A DNA stretch of 64,000 bases from Octopus sinensis (GCF_006345805.1 NC_042998.1:11222001-11286000); one strand, 5' to 3'. Counted from the stretch's first letter, positions 26,386-40,029 are shown. The notes: a model not told the origin generated them from the sequence alone. Made by a program: numbers and translations.

Positions 26386-28179
26386 CTTTGGGAAAGGAAA
26401 GACCAGGACATTCGAATTAGTTATCCAGCAGGAGTACTACATATTTGTCTTCGATGATCCTAGTATATCGTTCGTCTTACCTGATAGTCAACTTGTTTTT
26501 TATATGTATTGTTGGGAAGAAGCATCAGATAGAACTATCGCTCAGTGTAATGTATGCCGACTAGGTACACATGGAGCAGACTCCTCCTTCAAACAAAAAC
26601 TTCCTTGTAGAGTACGAGAAGGCTTAGCAGCTGATACTCCGAAAAACTTATTCTCTATATAAGACGTGTTAATTATCGAGGAAGTGTATTGCGCAGTCGT
26701 TTGCAATAAATACTAGACATTCCTTGCCTAAATGAAGCAGAATGAATTATGGAGGAACTTGATCATCTCAGAGGTCTTCAGATTGATTGGTGTAACCTTG
26801 CAACGGCCTAGGTGACATTCTGGACTTCACCAACTACTCTTGCTAGAAAGCCCAATGTAAATAAGTTGAACATGAAAGTTTAAACTTTTATAGCGTCATT
26901 TTGTAGCAAACTTGGAGCAGAATGCACAAAGCTATGCAAATTTTCAGATTGTCAAAACGTAATAAGGAGACTGCCGAATCTTATGATGAAGGGTTTAAAG
27001 CATTTATTTTTAAGGATCATTGCTATCGGCTGTAAAATACAAGGATTAAAATAAAACTATAGCTGGAAACAAAATATATATATATAAAAAATACTTGTCA
27101 ATGTTCATCATTTTATGCTATTGTCAATAGCAAATTCACATAAAAAGAGCCAGGTTTTTCATGTATAAATAGTATTATTCTGTACTCTCATACATTTTGT
27201 TCAGTGATAACTAAATAACTATAAAATTAGGAAGAAAACCTGGAGCCTTTTTGCATGGTTTATGTAAGACTTATATAATGACTATTAAATCTCTGTAATG
27301 CAGCTGCTCATAAAATATTAGATAGGATTTTCGTCGTAAGACTGGGAAGCCTTATTACAAAACTGACCTGGTGACACCATTTCTTTACTTGAGATATCAT
27401 TAATTGCAGACTTAAAATTGGTTGTTGAACGGACTCAGAAACCTTCAGATGAAAAGTATCACTTTAGTATATAAAAGATCATGAAATCAGTAATGTTAAC
27501 AACGCATCAACGTATACTTAATGTGCCGTTAACGTGGGTTTTCATCAATTACACATTAAAAATCCTAATTACCCCCTGTATTTTGCACCAGAACTTTACA
27601 CTAGTATGCTCCATATATGAATTAACATAAACTGCTCAACTGGTTACAAAAAGTCAACTTTGCATTAATGTATAGTTAATGGACAATTGATTATGTATTT
27701 TTATCATCTGTATGTTTTAAAAGAAATGTGATTACCCGCTTTATTTGGCGACATTAAAACTTTGTTATCTGGGTGAGTATGGCTGAACAGTTTACCATAA
27801 TTTTAGGTTGCTTCTGCACTTGTTGCCTGAATATTTGAAATTGAGCATATAAATGACACATTCTCTATAACCTGAAAGGTGTAATCGTCGTAGAACACGA
27901 TTTCAAATTTATGTTTAATTAACGAACAAAAGTGGAAAAATGGTAAACCTCACATAGATGTATTGCCCCTGTAGTAGTCAAATGTTTCTGAATTCTTCGG
28001 TGATAAATCCCATGCATACAGACTGGAGTCAAATAATATATACAATCTTCATTCACAGCATTTTGGAATTCAGAAAAGAATTCAAAGATTTATCTATCAG
28101 CATATAAGAAGTCAATCGAAATGCATTTATCAGGACAGTCAAACAACCTGAGATTCTTTAGTCCTCTTTATATAATGAA

Positions 28180-28440
28180 TTGTGAAGGAATGTGGCATTG
28201 TGGTTAGGGGTATTCGGCTCACGATCCTTGCTCCAGTCCACTCAGATGGAAAAAAATAGGCAGCATCTCTAATTCAAAGAGCCAGCCTTGTCACATTCTG
28301 TGCCACGCTGAATCTCCTTGAGAACTACGTTAAGGGTGCGCATATCTGTTGAGTACTCAGCCACTGGTTCGTTAATTACGCGAGAAGGCTGTTCCGTTTA
28401 TTGGATCAACTGGAACACTCGTAAATTATGGAGTGCCAGT
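28180..28440 (+). mobile_element. Degenerate tRNA-headed SINE with group 1 tail type b
   Basis: GTGGCATTGTGGTTAGGG head; GAGAACTACGTTAAGGG..CTCAGCCAC..GGCTGTTCCG..GGAGTGC tail matches the reverse complement of 32331-32460. Confidence 0.75.
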
Positions 28441-28887
28441 TCAATCTAAATAGAGTGCTTAACTATTTGGTCATGCTAAAGAGGCCCTGGAAATAAGGGA
28501 AGGGATGTCAAGTTTCCTGGCTATGAATGAGTACGTAAAATCATCATGACCTGTGTGAGTGTGTGTATGTGTTTTGCAGCACCAAGATTACTGTTATTCA
28601 CCATTGCCTAACATATATTACATGAAGATATGTCTATGTGTTACTTGAGTGTATACTTTTTAGTTTTTATATTTCATCTACCAATTTGGTTTCTGGTTGT
28701 GCCTTTGATTGTTCTCCTTACTTATTTTCCATATGGTTTTAATATATAATGCTTTCATAATATATAATGCTTTCAATGATAAATAAGTTTCGCAAGGTGT
28801 AATTAATAATTACAGCAATTATAATTAAGTTGTGGACACCCTGGATTATTTACCGTATAAACATAGTCGTTACTATGAGTCACTTAC

Positions 28888-28915
28888 CGATACAGGCCTC
28901 TGCCACATGTCACAT
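28888..28915 (-). CDS. Candidate 28-bp micro-exon (VTCGRGLY), unverified
   Basis: Acceptor TCTCTTTGCTGCAG, donor CG|GTAAGT; phase-compatible with 26341-26385. Confidence 0.25.
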
Positions 28916-29149
28916 CTGCAGCAAAGAGATTAACTTAACCACCCTGGGGACGGATCTGAAAACTCCGTTTCAGACTTTCTGTTGTTAAAGGTTGGGTGTT
29001 TATTTTTACATCTCTTCAAAATGTTATGAAAGACGGAAGCTTCATAATATTTTTGAAATGGATTATTTTTTTACATCTGAGTTTTTTAAATGTATACACA
29101 CGAGCGTACATACATACAAACACACACGCATATGTATATTTATAAATAC

Positions 29150-29443
29150 ATATATGTACGCATACATATGTATTATGCATGTATGCATGCATGTATGTTT
29201 GTATGTATGTATGTATGTATGTATCATTGTATGTATGTATGTATGTATGTATGTATGTATGAATGTATGTATGTATGTATGTATGTATTTATGTATGTAT
29301 GTATGTATGTATGTATTTATGTATGTATTTATGTATGTATTTATGTATGTATGTATGTATGTATTTATGTATGTACGTATGTATGTATGTATATTTGTAT
29401 GTATGTATGTATGAATGTATGTATGTATGTATGTATGTATGTA

Positions 29444-29479
<36 letters not shown>

Positions 29480-29512
29480 TGTATGTATGTATGTATGTAC
29501 GTATGCATGTAT
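29150..29512. repeat. Long (ATGT)n tract
   Basis: Direct reading. Confidence 0.96.
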
Positions 29513-29797
29513 GAAGTTAAATATCGGCTGTAGCGCCATTCCACATGTTATACATTCATGTCCATCACGTACATCGATAGTCATTAAGATATTTTGATTT
29601 GCCTTTTGAAGGTTTACTTTAATAGGTGTGTATGTACGCATGCGGGTGCATGTATTAGTATATTTATATATTTGCCTATATATGTGCATATATATATATG
29701 TGCCTTATATATGCGCATGACGACGCGGGGTGAGCTAACTCATGCACACGCTCTGCCAATGCGCGAACACTCACATGCATATGCATACACAGACACA

Positions 29798-29843
<46 letters not shown>

Positions 29844-29979
29844 ACGCTCAAAGTGCTGGTTGATTGGCTGGTTAGCGGTTCGGTTAAACGGCTCCGGTTA
29901 ATTTCTCATAATGGCTTATTGTTGGTACAACTGACGTCAATACCAGTTATCAGATAAACAACATTGTTTCTGTCTGAAT

Positions 29980-29981
<2 letters not shown>

Positions 29982-30067
<86 letters not shown>

Positions 30068-30076
30068 TACATAATA

Positions 30077-30132
<56 letters not shown>

Positions 30133-30272
30133 GAGAGAGAAAAAATGAAAGATTTGTATATATGTATATAAATGTACATATATAAATACATGCGTATATA
30201 TTCACACATACTTATACATTTACACACATATGTATACATACATACATACATACATACATGCATATGTGTATG

Positions 30273-30324
<52 letters not shown>

Positions 30325-30325
30325 T
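29982..30325. repeat. (TA)n/(CA)n/(TG)n block
   Basis: Direct reading. Confidence 0.94.
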
Positions 30326-30743
30326 ATATTTGTATGTGCGTGTATATATCGATCTTTCCTACTCAGGGTACACCAATTATCTTACAGGATAGTTTTTTTT
30401 TCTATTTTTGCGGTTGTGTTTTTTTCTTAAATTGCTGTTCTGATTATAACTGTGATTATTATCATTACCATGAAACTTATTATTATCATTATCGTTATCT
30501 TTATTGTTGTTATTTCTATTGTTGTTTATGTGCGAAAATATTATTTTTAAGAAGAAAAAATACTAAAAATCATTATCATAATGATACTTTTTTTAATAAT
30601 ATTTGGTTTTACATTAGTTTCAATACATCTTATTTGAAAAATATATCTATTCACATTATTGCCGTAATCATCACCATGATCGTCTGTATGATTATTATTG
30701 TTTTTTTCTTCTTATTATTATTAGTTATTGTTGCTATTGTTGA

Positions 30744-30781
<38 letters not shown>

Positions 30782-30803
30782 TATTATTATTATTATTATT
30801 ATT

Positions 30804-31307
30804 CAGTAGTTTTATTTTTATAGCGTGCTTTCACTTCACTACCGAGCGCAGCTCTGTGTGCCTTAGGTATGTGCTGTGATTTGTTGTGATGCTCTGATGG
30901 TTATTGTATGGAAAGTGTTCTGCGTAGGATGTGTGCAGTGCCTAGTAGTGCAATTTTCTGTATGTGATATGTGTTTGTAAGTCCTGGTGTTTTTGCTATG
31001 TATTTGTCGGAATATTTTTTTATCATGCCTAATGCACCTACTATGATAGGAATTGTTTCTGTTTTTAGATTCCGCATTCTGGTTATCTCTATTTCCAGGT
31101 CTTTGTATTTTGAGAGTTTCTCCATTTCTTTTAGAGACACATTGTCATCTGTCGGTATTGATACATCAATTAGAAAGCATTTTTTTTCTTCATAATCTCT
31201 GACAACTATATCTGGTCTGTTGGCCTTAATTTCTCTATCTGTGAGTATTGGCATATCCCAGAGTATGGTTGCTTTCTCGTTTTCTGTGACCTTTTCTGGT
31301 GTGTGCC

Positions 31308-31310
<3 letters not shown>
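30804..31310 (-). mobile_element. R4/Dong-like family A, 5'-truncated
   Basis: ORF 30901-31254 KANRPDIVV..CFLIDVSIP..KYKDLEIE; family A UTR; (TTA)n on both sides on plus. Confidence 0.93.
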
Positions 31311-31358
<48 letters not shown>

Positions 31359-31389
31359 TATTATTATTATTATTATTATTATCATCATC

Positions 31390-31427
<38 letters not shown>

Positions 31428-31452
31428 TAGTAGTAGTAGTAGTAGTAGTAGT

Positions 31453-31499
<47 letters not shown>

Positions 31500-31520
31500 T
31501 GTTGTAGTAGTAGTAGTAGT
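31311..31520. repeat. (TTA)n-(TCA)-(GTA)n compound tract
   Basis: Direct reading. Confidence 0.96.
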
Positions 31521-31745
31521 AAGGCAGCGAGCTACCAGAATTGTTATCGCGCCGGACGAAATGGTTAGCGATATTTCGCCCGTCGCTACATTGTGAGTTG
31601 GATTTCCGCTGAGGTCGACTTTACCTGAGTCCGACTTTATCCTTTCGGGGTGATAAAATAAGCACCAGTTGAACAATTGTGTCGATGTAATCGACTCATT
31701 TCCTCCCCTAAAATTTCTGCCCTTGTGGCAAAATTTGAATCCATT
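31521..31745 (+). mobile_element. SINE group 3, tail type b
   Basis: AAGGCAGCGAGCTACCAGAA head; CCTTTCGGGGT core; CTTGTGGCAAAATTTGAA tail. Confidence 0.8.
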
Positions 31746-31768
31746 GTTATTATTATAATTGTTATTCT

Positions 31769-32000
31769 TATTACCTCCGCCTTAGCGATGGTGGGGGTAT
31801 TGTTCTCAGTCGTGTTTGTTTGTTTGTTTGTTTGTCTGTCCGTGGACAAGATATCTCAAGAACTGCTAGATGGATTCGGATGAAATTTTCAGGGATGTTT
31901 GGCCTCGTGACTGGCACGAACCGATTATATTTTGGGGTCGATCCGGCTCCGGACAACGATTCTGGATTATTTGTTATATTTACTTTACATAAAATATTAC
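31769..32000. mobile_element. Helentron/HINE-like non-autonomous element end
   Basis: Terminal hairpin CCTCCGCC..GGTGGGGG, (GTTT)n/GTCTGTC run and GATGAAATTTTCAGG module typical of DINE/HINE-type elements. Confidence 0.55.
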
Positions 32001-32330
32001 GATCTTACATTCACTTTCAAGTCTTTCTCTGATTATCTACATTGAAAGCATGCTTTTCCCGTAAGTTATGATGGCGTTACTGTTTCCAAAGTATTATTTT
32101 CGTTGCTCTGTCATTACACCGCCTCCGTGTCGTAACAGAGCTTCTTAAAGCTAACAGATCTGTATTCGTCTGTATTTGATTTGTTGATAGATTTGTCTCA
32201 GGGCATAGATTTTTGTGGTGTTTTTAAACTTATGAATTTTCACTCTGTCTGTGTTAGTTCTAAAAATATGAAAAAAATTTTTTTTTTTTTTTGGCTTCGT
32301 TTGTGACACGAGTTTTCAAATGTGTGTGTG

Positions 32331-32711
32331 GAAGCACTCCGTCGGTTACGACGATGAGGGTTCCGGTTTATCCGATTCAACGGAACAGCCTGCTCGTGAA
32401 ATTAACGTGTAAGTGGCTGAGCACTCCACAGACACGTGTACTCTTAACGTAGTTCTCGGGGATATTCAGCGTGACACAGAGAGTGACAAGGCCGGCCCTT
32501 TGAAATACAGGTACAACAGAAACAGGAAGTAAGAGTGAGAGAAAGTTGTAGTGAAAGAGTACAGCAGGGACCACCACCATCCCCTGCCGGAGCCTCGTGG
32601 AGCTTTAGGTGTTTTCGCTCAATAAACACTCACAACGCCCGGTCTGGGAATCGAAACCGCGATCCTATGACCGCGAGTCCGCTGCCCTAACCACTGGGCC
32701 ATTGCGCCTCC
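32331..32711 (-). mobile_element. tRNA-derived SINE group 1, tail type b
   Basis: First ~165 bp nearly identical to 5049-5215, then a different tail; TSD TCAAATG(T/C)GTGT. Confidence 0.9.
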
Positions 32712-32876
32712 TCAAATGCGTGTATGTATGTCCTGTAAATTTCACGTAGTTGTGTAAACATTGGGATGTATGTGTAGTCCTATGGGTATTAAATATATGT
32801 ATGATTGTGTAGACCTTCGAGTGTATGCGTAATTAATCAATTTACATACTTATTGTTTTGTTCCACTTATATTTTA

Positions 32877-33262
32877 CTAGCAGTATCGCCCGGCGTTGCT
32901 CGGGTTTGTAAGGGAAATAACTATAAAGCATTTTTAGAGAGTTATAGCCCCAAAATAGCAAAAAAATGGAAAAAAAATTATGGCAAATTTTTTTTTGAGA
33001 GTTAAAAAGGTCGAGTTGCGTCCCCTAGACAGTATGTGGTTTGTGTTTCTGATTCTCGACCCCATGTCGAATTTATCGATTTTTTTCAGAACTGGGGGAA
33101 CTTTTCAAAATTTTCGCTGCGTTAGTTTTGAATTATGACATTGGGCTATGTGTGTGTCAAGTTTCATCAGAATCGGTTGAAAGCCGTGGTCAGGGTGTGG
33201 GTACAACCTGACAGACACACAGACACGCACACAGACAAACTGCCGTTTATATAGAGAGAAGA
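32877..33262 (-). mobile_element. Non-autonomous Helitron
   Basis: TC...CTAG between A and T; 3' ~85 bp nearly identical to 4408-4495. Confidence 0.8.
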
Positions 33263-33524
33263 TAATTTGTAAACTTTCCGATGTTGATTTCGCATGTCTT
33301 TCCCACATGTTCCTCTGAGACATCGTTCATGGCAGAAACTGTGCTTTGTATGGCAGTAAAATTTCCTTTTGTGATTATTTTCGATAAAAGGCCGCTTCCT
33401 TCAAGTCTTCCACAAGTTCCTTTATCCCATTTCACCGATGTTATTAGATTAGATTTGTTTTCGAAAATGTTGTTATTTTCATATACACACAACAGATTAG
33501 ACTATTGGAAAAGAAAGATATCCT

Positions 33525-33800
33525 AACATCGGGCTACAACAAGTAAGCTTAGATGCCAAGAACCCTCTTAGGTATCCTAAGCGTACCTAATAACAGTTCT
33601 CTGGAGTTGTACTAAATTAGGTTTTATGCATATTTCCTCTATCCGTCTGTTCAGATGTTTAGGAATAGTTCCCAATGCACCTATAACTACTGGGGTACAT
33701 TTTAACCGCACTTTCCATAGTCTCTGTAATTCAATGGCCAGGGCCTGGTTCTTTGCTATTTTTGCTATACTTCTCATATTCATTTTTTTATCATTTAGAA
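33525..33800 (-). mobile_element. R4/Dong-like family F, RLE C-terminus
   Basis: KIAKNQALAIELQRLWKV...PVVIGALGTIPKHL...LQRTV. Confidence 0.8.
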
Positions 33801-33849
33801 CTTCCTGTTATTCAGTGTAGCACATCTATGTTGTTATTATTATCATTAT

Positions 33850-33880
33850 TAATATTATTATTTTATTATTATTATTATTA

Positions 33881-33956
<76 letters not shown>

Positions 33957-33958
33957 AT
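33850..33958. repeat. (TTA)n tract
   Basis: Direct reading. Confidence 0.97.
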
Positions 33959-34972
33959 ATCTGTGTTTGTTTTGATAGTCAGATTGGAAATATCGACATT
34001 GTTTGTAAGAAATTTTGGACTTGGGCTTTCACCACCAAACATATGTAAGCATAAGGAACCATCTTTTATTTGCTTTGCGTAATAAGGAACTAAACATTGA
34101 AATAGGTAAAAAATAACCCCTTCTTGTGAAAAGCATAACATTCGGTGTCCTTGTTTTTAAAATTGCCTCTTTGGATTTCTATAGTACTCAGAACCAGCAC
34201 AGCTAGTTACGATGTTTCGTAAACAATTACGTCTATGTAAACAATGTTATTGAATGTAGAACAAATAGGTAATGAATATCTATGCCTATTTCAAAGGTTA
34301 TTACTCTCATTTAACTCATCAAATATCCACAAATACATTGCTTGAATACATATTAGTTTTTACTTTGTAGCATAATTGGATAGACCAATTTGCATATAAA
34401 TCACACTCCTAGTAACTCGTACATATACATTAATTGTTTGCAAGACCACAGTATTTCGTTTCCATCCATAATGTACTACTAAGTATATTACGAGTTTACA
34501 CGTCACTATTATGTCTTACCGCATGTTAGAAGTGCAATTATTTTCACTTTTAAGTTTAAAATTTTTTTATAAAATTCATAGCCATCACTGCAAAGTTTGG
34601 GGTTTCGTAAACAAATACGCATGTGTAAACAAAGCAATCACAGATAGAGAAATATGTAAGAACCCATGTTCTTGGTATTGCAATCGTCTGACTTCTATAA
34701 AATATCAAAAAATGCTCTTCGGCTGAATCAAAATGACGACAGGATATCATGAAATTTTAACACATCAATACTCCAACAGTCTTCGGATTAAAGTATTCCA
34801 TATCAGACTTACTCCACACACAGAATCTAAATATAATTAAAATATCCAGTTATATCGATTAGTTGATGATATAATTTAGACACCTATAAATATGTAGAGC
34901 AACAGGATCATTAGCATTACCAAGTATGGTTTTACTGTTTAATATTTAATCGAATAAGATCAAGAAAATAAA

Positions 34973-35381
34973 TACTCTTTTACTTGTTTCAGTCATTTGA
35001 CTGCGGCCATGCTGGAGCACCGCCTTTAGTCGAGCAAATCAGTGTGCATGAATGCATTGTTAAATTGTTTTCAAGAAAGTGGATCTACAGCCAAACTATT
35101 GTTATGTAGGGCGTCGAAGTGGATTGTTTGTTAGAGCAGTTGCTCTCCAAGATTTCAGCCATGGTGATGAGTAATAATTATGATTGGTTTCAAATTTTGG
35201 CACAGGGTCAGAAATTTAGGGGCTAAGTCGATTAGCTCGATCTCAGTGCTCAACTTGTACTTTTTGTTATCAACATTGAAATTATATTCTATCGGTCTCT
35301 TTTGCCGAACCGCTAGGTGACGTGGACGTAAACACACCAGCATCGGTTGTCAAGCAATGCTAGGGGGACAAACACAGACAC

Positions 35382-35440
<59 letters not shown>

Positions 35441-35604
35441 CGACAGGCTTCTTTCAGTTTTCGTCTGCCAAATCCACTCACAAGGCATTGGTCGGCCCGG
35501 GGCTATAGCAGAAGACACTTGCCCAAGATGCCACGCGGTGGGACTGAACCCGGAACCATGTGGTTGGTTAGCAAGCTACTTACCACACAACCACTCCTGT
35601 GCCT
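34973..35604 (-). mobile_element. SINE group 2 carrying a 249-bp templated insertion (35038-35286)
   Basis: 34973-35040 and 35285-35604 are colinear with 24261-24676. Confidence 0.9.
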
Positions 35605-36258
35605 ATATATCTGAGATTGTGCAGATACTGACTAAATCCGAGGAATGTTTAAATCGTACCCTAAAGTGATTGTATTTCTGGGGTAATTCTTGGATAGACC
35701 AAGGCTTCGTGTTAAGATAACTATCTCCAATGTTGCATGAAACATTTATCTAGGACATTTTCTTCTCTTCCCGAAGATTTAAAAAACACATTTGACTAAA
35801 TGTTTCATGTTAAAGTCGGTTTATGACTTTAAGTATGGCTATCTCTCGACTTCATTTATTAACTCGAGACATGAGCCTATATTTGTTTAGAGTGAACGTC
35901 AATTACATTAATATTACTAACCTGAGAAATGTACTAACTATGAATAACTAATAGACGTAAGTACAGAGTTAGTCTAGGATGTTTTGTTTCGTTTTCTCTA
36001 ACACTCAGAAATCTATCAGAGATCTTAAGGAAAATCTGTTATAATAAAGAAATCATTATTTCAAACCACAAACATGTGAAATCTATCCCCTCAGTAAGTA
36101 TTTCAATTTCACATAGGTATACAGGTACAAGGAACACAGCGTAGTAGTAAATATAGGTTCAGAGATACAGCGTCGAGTAATGGTGGGGAATGTTCTGAGT
36201 CTGCAATCCAATTTCCGTCCCGATTGAGTTATTTTATATATTAATATTAATAATTAAC

Positions 36259-36472
36259 CAGGGCGGTGAGCCGGAAGAATCGTTAGCATGCCGGGCAAGC
36301 TGCTTATCAGCATTTCGTCCGTTTTTGTGTTTTAAGTTCAAATTACGCCGAGGGCAACTTTGGACATTTATAATTTCAATGTTGGTAAAAAAAAGTACAA
36401 GTTGAGCACTGAGATCGAGCTAATCGACTTAGCCCCTAAATTTCTGACCCTGTGCCAAAATTTGAAACCAAT
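36259..36472 (+). mobile_element. SINE group 3, tail type b, diverged
   Basis: GGGCGGTGAGCCGGAAGAATCGTTAGC head; CCCTGTGCCAAAATTTGAAACC tail. Confidence 0.78.
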
Positions 36473-36957
36473 CATAATTATTACTCATCACCATGGCTGA
36501 AATCTTGGAGAGCAACTGCTCTAACAAACAATCCACTTCGACGCCCTACATAACAATAGTTTGGCTGTAGATCCACTTTCTTGTACTTTCCTATTCCTAG
36601 ATATAGCCTCTCAAAGAATTATATTTTAATACAAGACCTCATTTCATTTTAAATAAATTAAAACTTTTCCGGCGTTAAAATAAAATAAGGTATGAGATTT
36701 ATGGCTTAAGAATGGAAAAAAGGACTTCAAAAGGGCTTATATTATATTTAGAAGTTCAAAGGTTCTATGTTCACATTAAACAATGATACAATTTGGCTGT
36801 CGGCAAAACATTATAGCTGGTGTTTCTGACAGAACTCGGGGCACAGTGTGTGTGTGTATGTGTGTGTATGCATGCACGTTGTTGTTGTTGTGTGTGTGTC
36901 CGTGCGTGTGTGTCTATGTGTATGTGTGTGTGTATGTGTGTGTGTGTGTGTGTGTGT

Positions 36958-37114
36958 GCATGTGTGTGTCGCTGTGTGCTTGTTTCTGGATGTGTGTATG
37001 GTTGAGTGTATGTGCTCACACGTAAAGCAGACATACATTCAAAGATATTCACATAAGCCGAGACAGACACACATACACTTGAAAATGATTTTAATGAAAA
37101 ATATACCCTTATTC

Positions 37115-37151
<37 letters not shown>

Positions 37152-37307
37152 CATGTGTGTGTCGCTGTGTGCTTGTTTCTGGATGTGTGTATGGTTGAGT
37201 GTATGTGCTCACACGTAAAGCAGACATACATTCAAAGATATTCACATAAGCCGAGACAGACACACATACACTTGAAAATGATTTTAATGAAAAATATACC
37301 CTTATTC

Positions 37308-37346
<39 letters not shown>

Positions 37347-37350
37347 TGTG
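36958..37350. repeat. 193-bp tandem duplication bounded by (TG)n
   Basis: GCATGTGTGTG recurs at 36958, 37151 and 37344; the two full units are identical apart from microsatellite length. Confidence 0.93.
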
Positions 37351-37369
37351 TGTGCGTATGTGTGTACGA

Positions 37370-37413
<44 letters not shown>

Positions 37414-38165
37414 ACATGTGTGTGTGTGTATGTATAGTTTTAATCAGTTGGAAGACAATAGATTTAATAAAGCATGGGTCCTTGTAGGTTTGGGTTTTGG
37501 ATTTATTATGCGAAGTCTTCTTGAAAGGTTCACATTATTGTTAATATGAGAAAAGAAAGTAAGATGAGTAAATTTAAGCCAGAATTATTCAACTAACGGA
37601 TCAGTGTGCATGAATGCATTGTTAAATTGTTTTCAAAAGTATATTAAGAAAAAAAGTCCGTTCAGGCATTTTAGCTTTCGGAATATTTAACATGAAACAA
37701 AATGCCTTCTATCTCACTTATTTAGAGAATATTGCTACGTTTTTGTTCTTGATTTTTTTATTGCTTTTCAGTTTCTACTTTTTTTCTTCTTTAAAATATC
37801 AATGAAGCTTTCACGATTTCATTCAGAATTAGAGAAAACACAAAAATAAAATCTTTATGTAAATCCTTACAAGTGATCATTTATTTTTTTTATTTAAAAT
37901 CCGAAGTTAAAAACAGATACCTCACAGCTAATTGCAGGTCAGTTTTAACAGCTGAAACAAGCGCATGACAAAATATAATATAGCCTAGTTGCTTATGACA
38001 TTGCAATAAAAATGGCCTAAAATTGATTTTTTTATATTAATTTTTATTTTCAATTGCTTCTTAAAGAAAATATATTTTTCTTTATTTCCGAGCTATCATA
38101 TCAGTCATATAAAAAAGCAGACAGTAGATAACCAAATGAATAGGTTTACACACGTACAAGCGCGG

Positions 38166-38218
<53 letters not shown>

Positions 38219-38299
38219 GATATATATAATATAACGCAGTAGAAGTGGGAGAGAGAGAGAGAGAGAGAGAGAAAACAAGGGAGAAAGCGTTTTTACCCA

Positions 38300-38700
38300 T
38301 TAAAGGTGTGCTTTTTGGACAATATCCTGCGTGCTAATTTCTTCAAAAGCACCATCCTACATGCACTCATATGCGCAAATACAACTTGGACTATTACAAA
38401 GAAAGACCATTGCAGGAAAATATCCGAAACGTGGTTATTCGAGACTGCAATGGAGCAAACGATATCAGAAGATAATAACGAAAGCACAAGATCAATTGAG
38501 CTAGACAGTTCGCATGATTCACAGGCAACAAGCAAGTATACTTACGCAGCTGTCCAGGATTATCTGTGAGATCGGAGAGCACAACAAGGGGACCTTCAAA
38601 GTAATGAGAAGACATAGTCAAACTATTCAGGACTAAATGAAAGAAGTGGGACCAAACAACGTAAGGCTGGAAATGAAGTGTGACCCGCAATGTATAAGGA
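38300..38700 (+). mobile_element. Highly decayed RTE-like LINE C-terminal remnant
   Basis: FKSTILHALICANTTWTITK resembles F.S.VLP.L.YG.ETWT.TK. Confidence 0.45.
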
Positions 38701-38789
38701 TACGTGATAATATGGTTGCATATGCATGTATGTATTATTTTCGTATGTGTGTTTGTGTATGTATCTTTGTGCCTATGTGTGTGTTCTCT

Positions 38790-39530
38790 TTCTTTTTAAT
38801 TTAGACCATCCACGAACGTAGTAGCAAGTTTGTGAAGGAAAGCATCATTTTTTGTTCATCATCCTTTAAATCTTAAGGTGTTATAGATTTTTATAATCCT
38901 AGACACCATCATCATGTGTAGGGTATAAATTAAGGATTTGCCTTTTCCCCCAAATCCTAAGCTCAGCCATGCTTTGCTCCAGGTGTATTCTGTTGCTCCA
39001 ATAATAATGGGCATAATGCTGAAAGTGTGTCTTGGGTACTGTATTTACAAACACCTTATTAATGATCCATAGATGACCTCCTTCTCGTGTATTTTTCGAA
39101 CGAAACAGGTGACCAAAGGGCAGCTGATTTCTACAAAAGAACATTTCTTTTCCTTGTGGCCCCTCATAACAATATCCAGCCGGGTTTGTTTTCACCTGGT
39201 GGCTGTTTTCATTTTTAAGTTAAGCCAATATTCTTTGAATACATTAGTCTCAATATAGTCAGCTTCCTCTGTAGGGATGTTCTTTTGCTATCCTTTTCTA
39301 GACCGTTCTGGCCTCTGCGTCACATTTCATGGGAAGATAATATCTGGAAGTCATTCTGACATAGTTGGGAATAATGTTGTTGATGTCTTCAACCTTTTTA
39401 ACACTCAAACTTTTTTTAAATACTCCAACATTGGAGCATTTTTTAATACTCCAGCATTGGAACTGCTAACACTTATTTTCCACTTGCCATGGAGTATAAC
39501 CACACGTTTCTCTGTGTTTTAATTCTACTA
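38790..39530 (-). mobile_element. R4-like family C (RLE region), decayed
   Basis: TRLDIVMR..KKCSFVEISCP...YP..FSIMPIIIGA; homologous to 57200-57560. Confidence 0.75.
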
Positions 39531-40029
39531 AAAGACATTACCGATTCTCTTCATTTGTTCACTGATTTACCTAATGAATATATATTTTAATAAGATTTGT
39601 AACCGGGTTGCTTTTCTTTTAGACACTATAAAATATAATAATATTAATATAACTGTTGATTAATGATCCTACACTGCTACATCTATTTAACATCTCCCTC
39701 ACCGATGAGGGGATACTTGGCCCATGGAATCTTCCTCGCTCTGTACGAAGGCGCAATAGCTAGGATATCCTAGAAACAGCTTTTAGAGACTATATACACC
39801 TTTTTTTTATTAAATAGCTAAATTAAATGTACTTCACTAGTCTTGCCAAACCGTTTGCCTCTTCATTTCTATATTCATCTATATATACCTTTCTCAAGGA
39901 GAAACTACTGTTAGCCGCTTTAGAAAGGCAATCGCCAAATCGCATGTTCAAGTGCAATTTACACCGGAATTTTAGTAGCATACCAAAGTGAGCATTCAGA
40001 GAGCGTACCATTAAGAATATGTATTTTTC

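Noticed and set aside
33247-33492. 81-aa minus ORF as a gene or Dong N-terminus
   Set aside because: No convincing motif; it overlaps the Helitron end.
36009-36093. 85-bp plus-strand exon candidate (NLSEILRKICYNKEIIISNHKHVKSIPS)
   Set aside because: Splice signals are good, but no partner exons were found and the peptide is not recognisable.
38546-38563. 18-bp minus-strand exon candidate with good splice sites (also 26 bp near 37925-37950)
   Set aside because: The first lies inside an RTE remnant. Adding both forces a frame that hits a stop in the 45-bp exon. They show that such candidates arise by chance.
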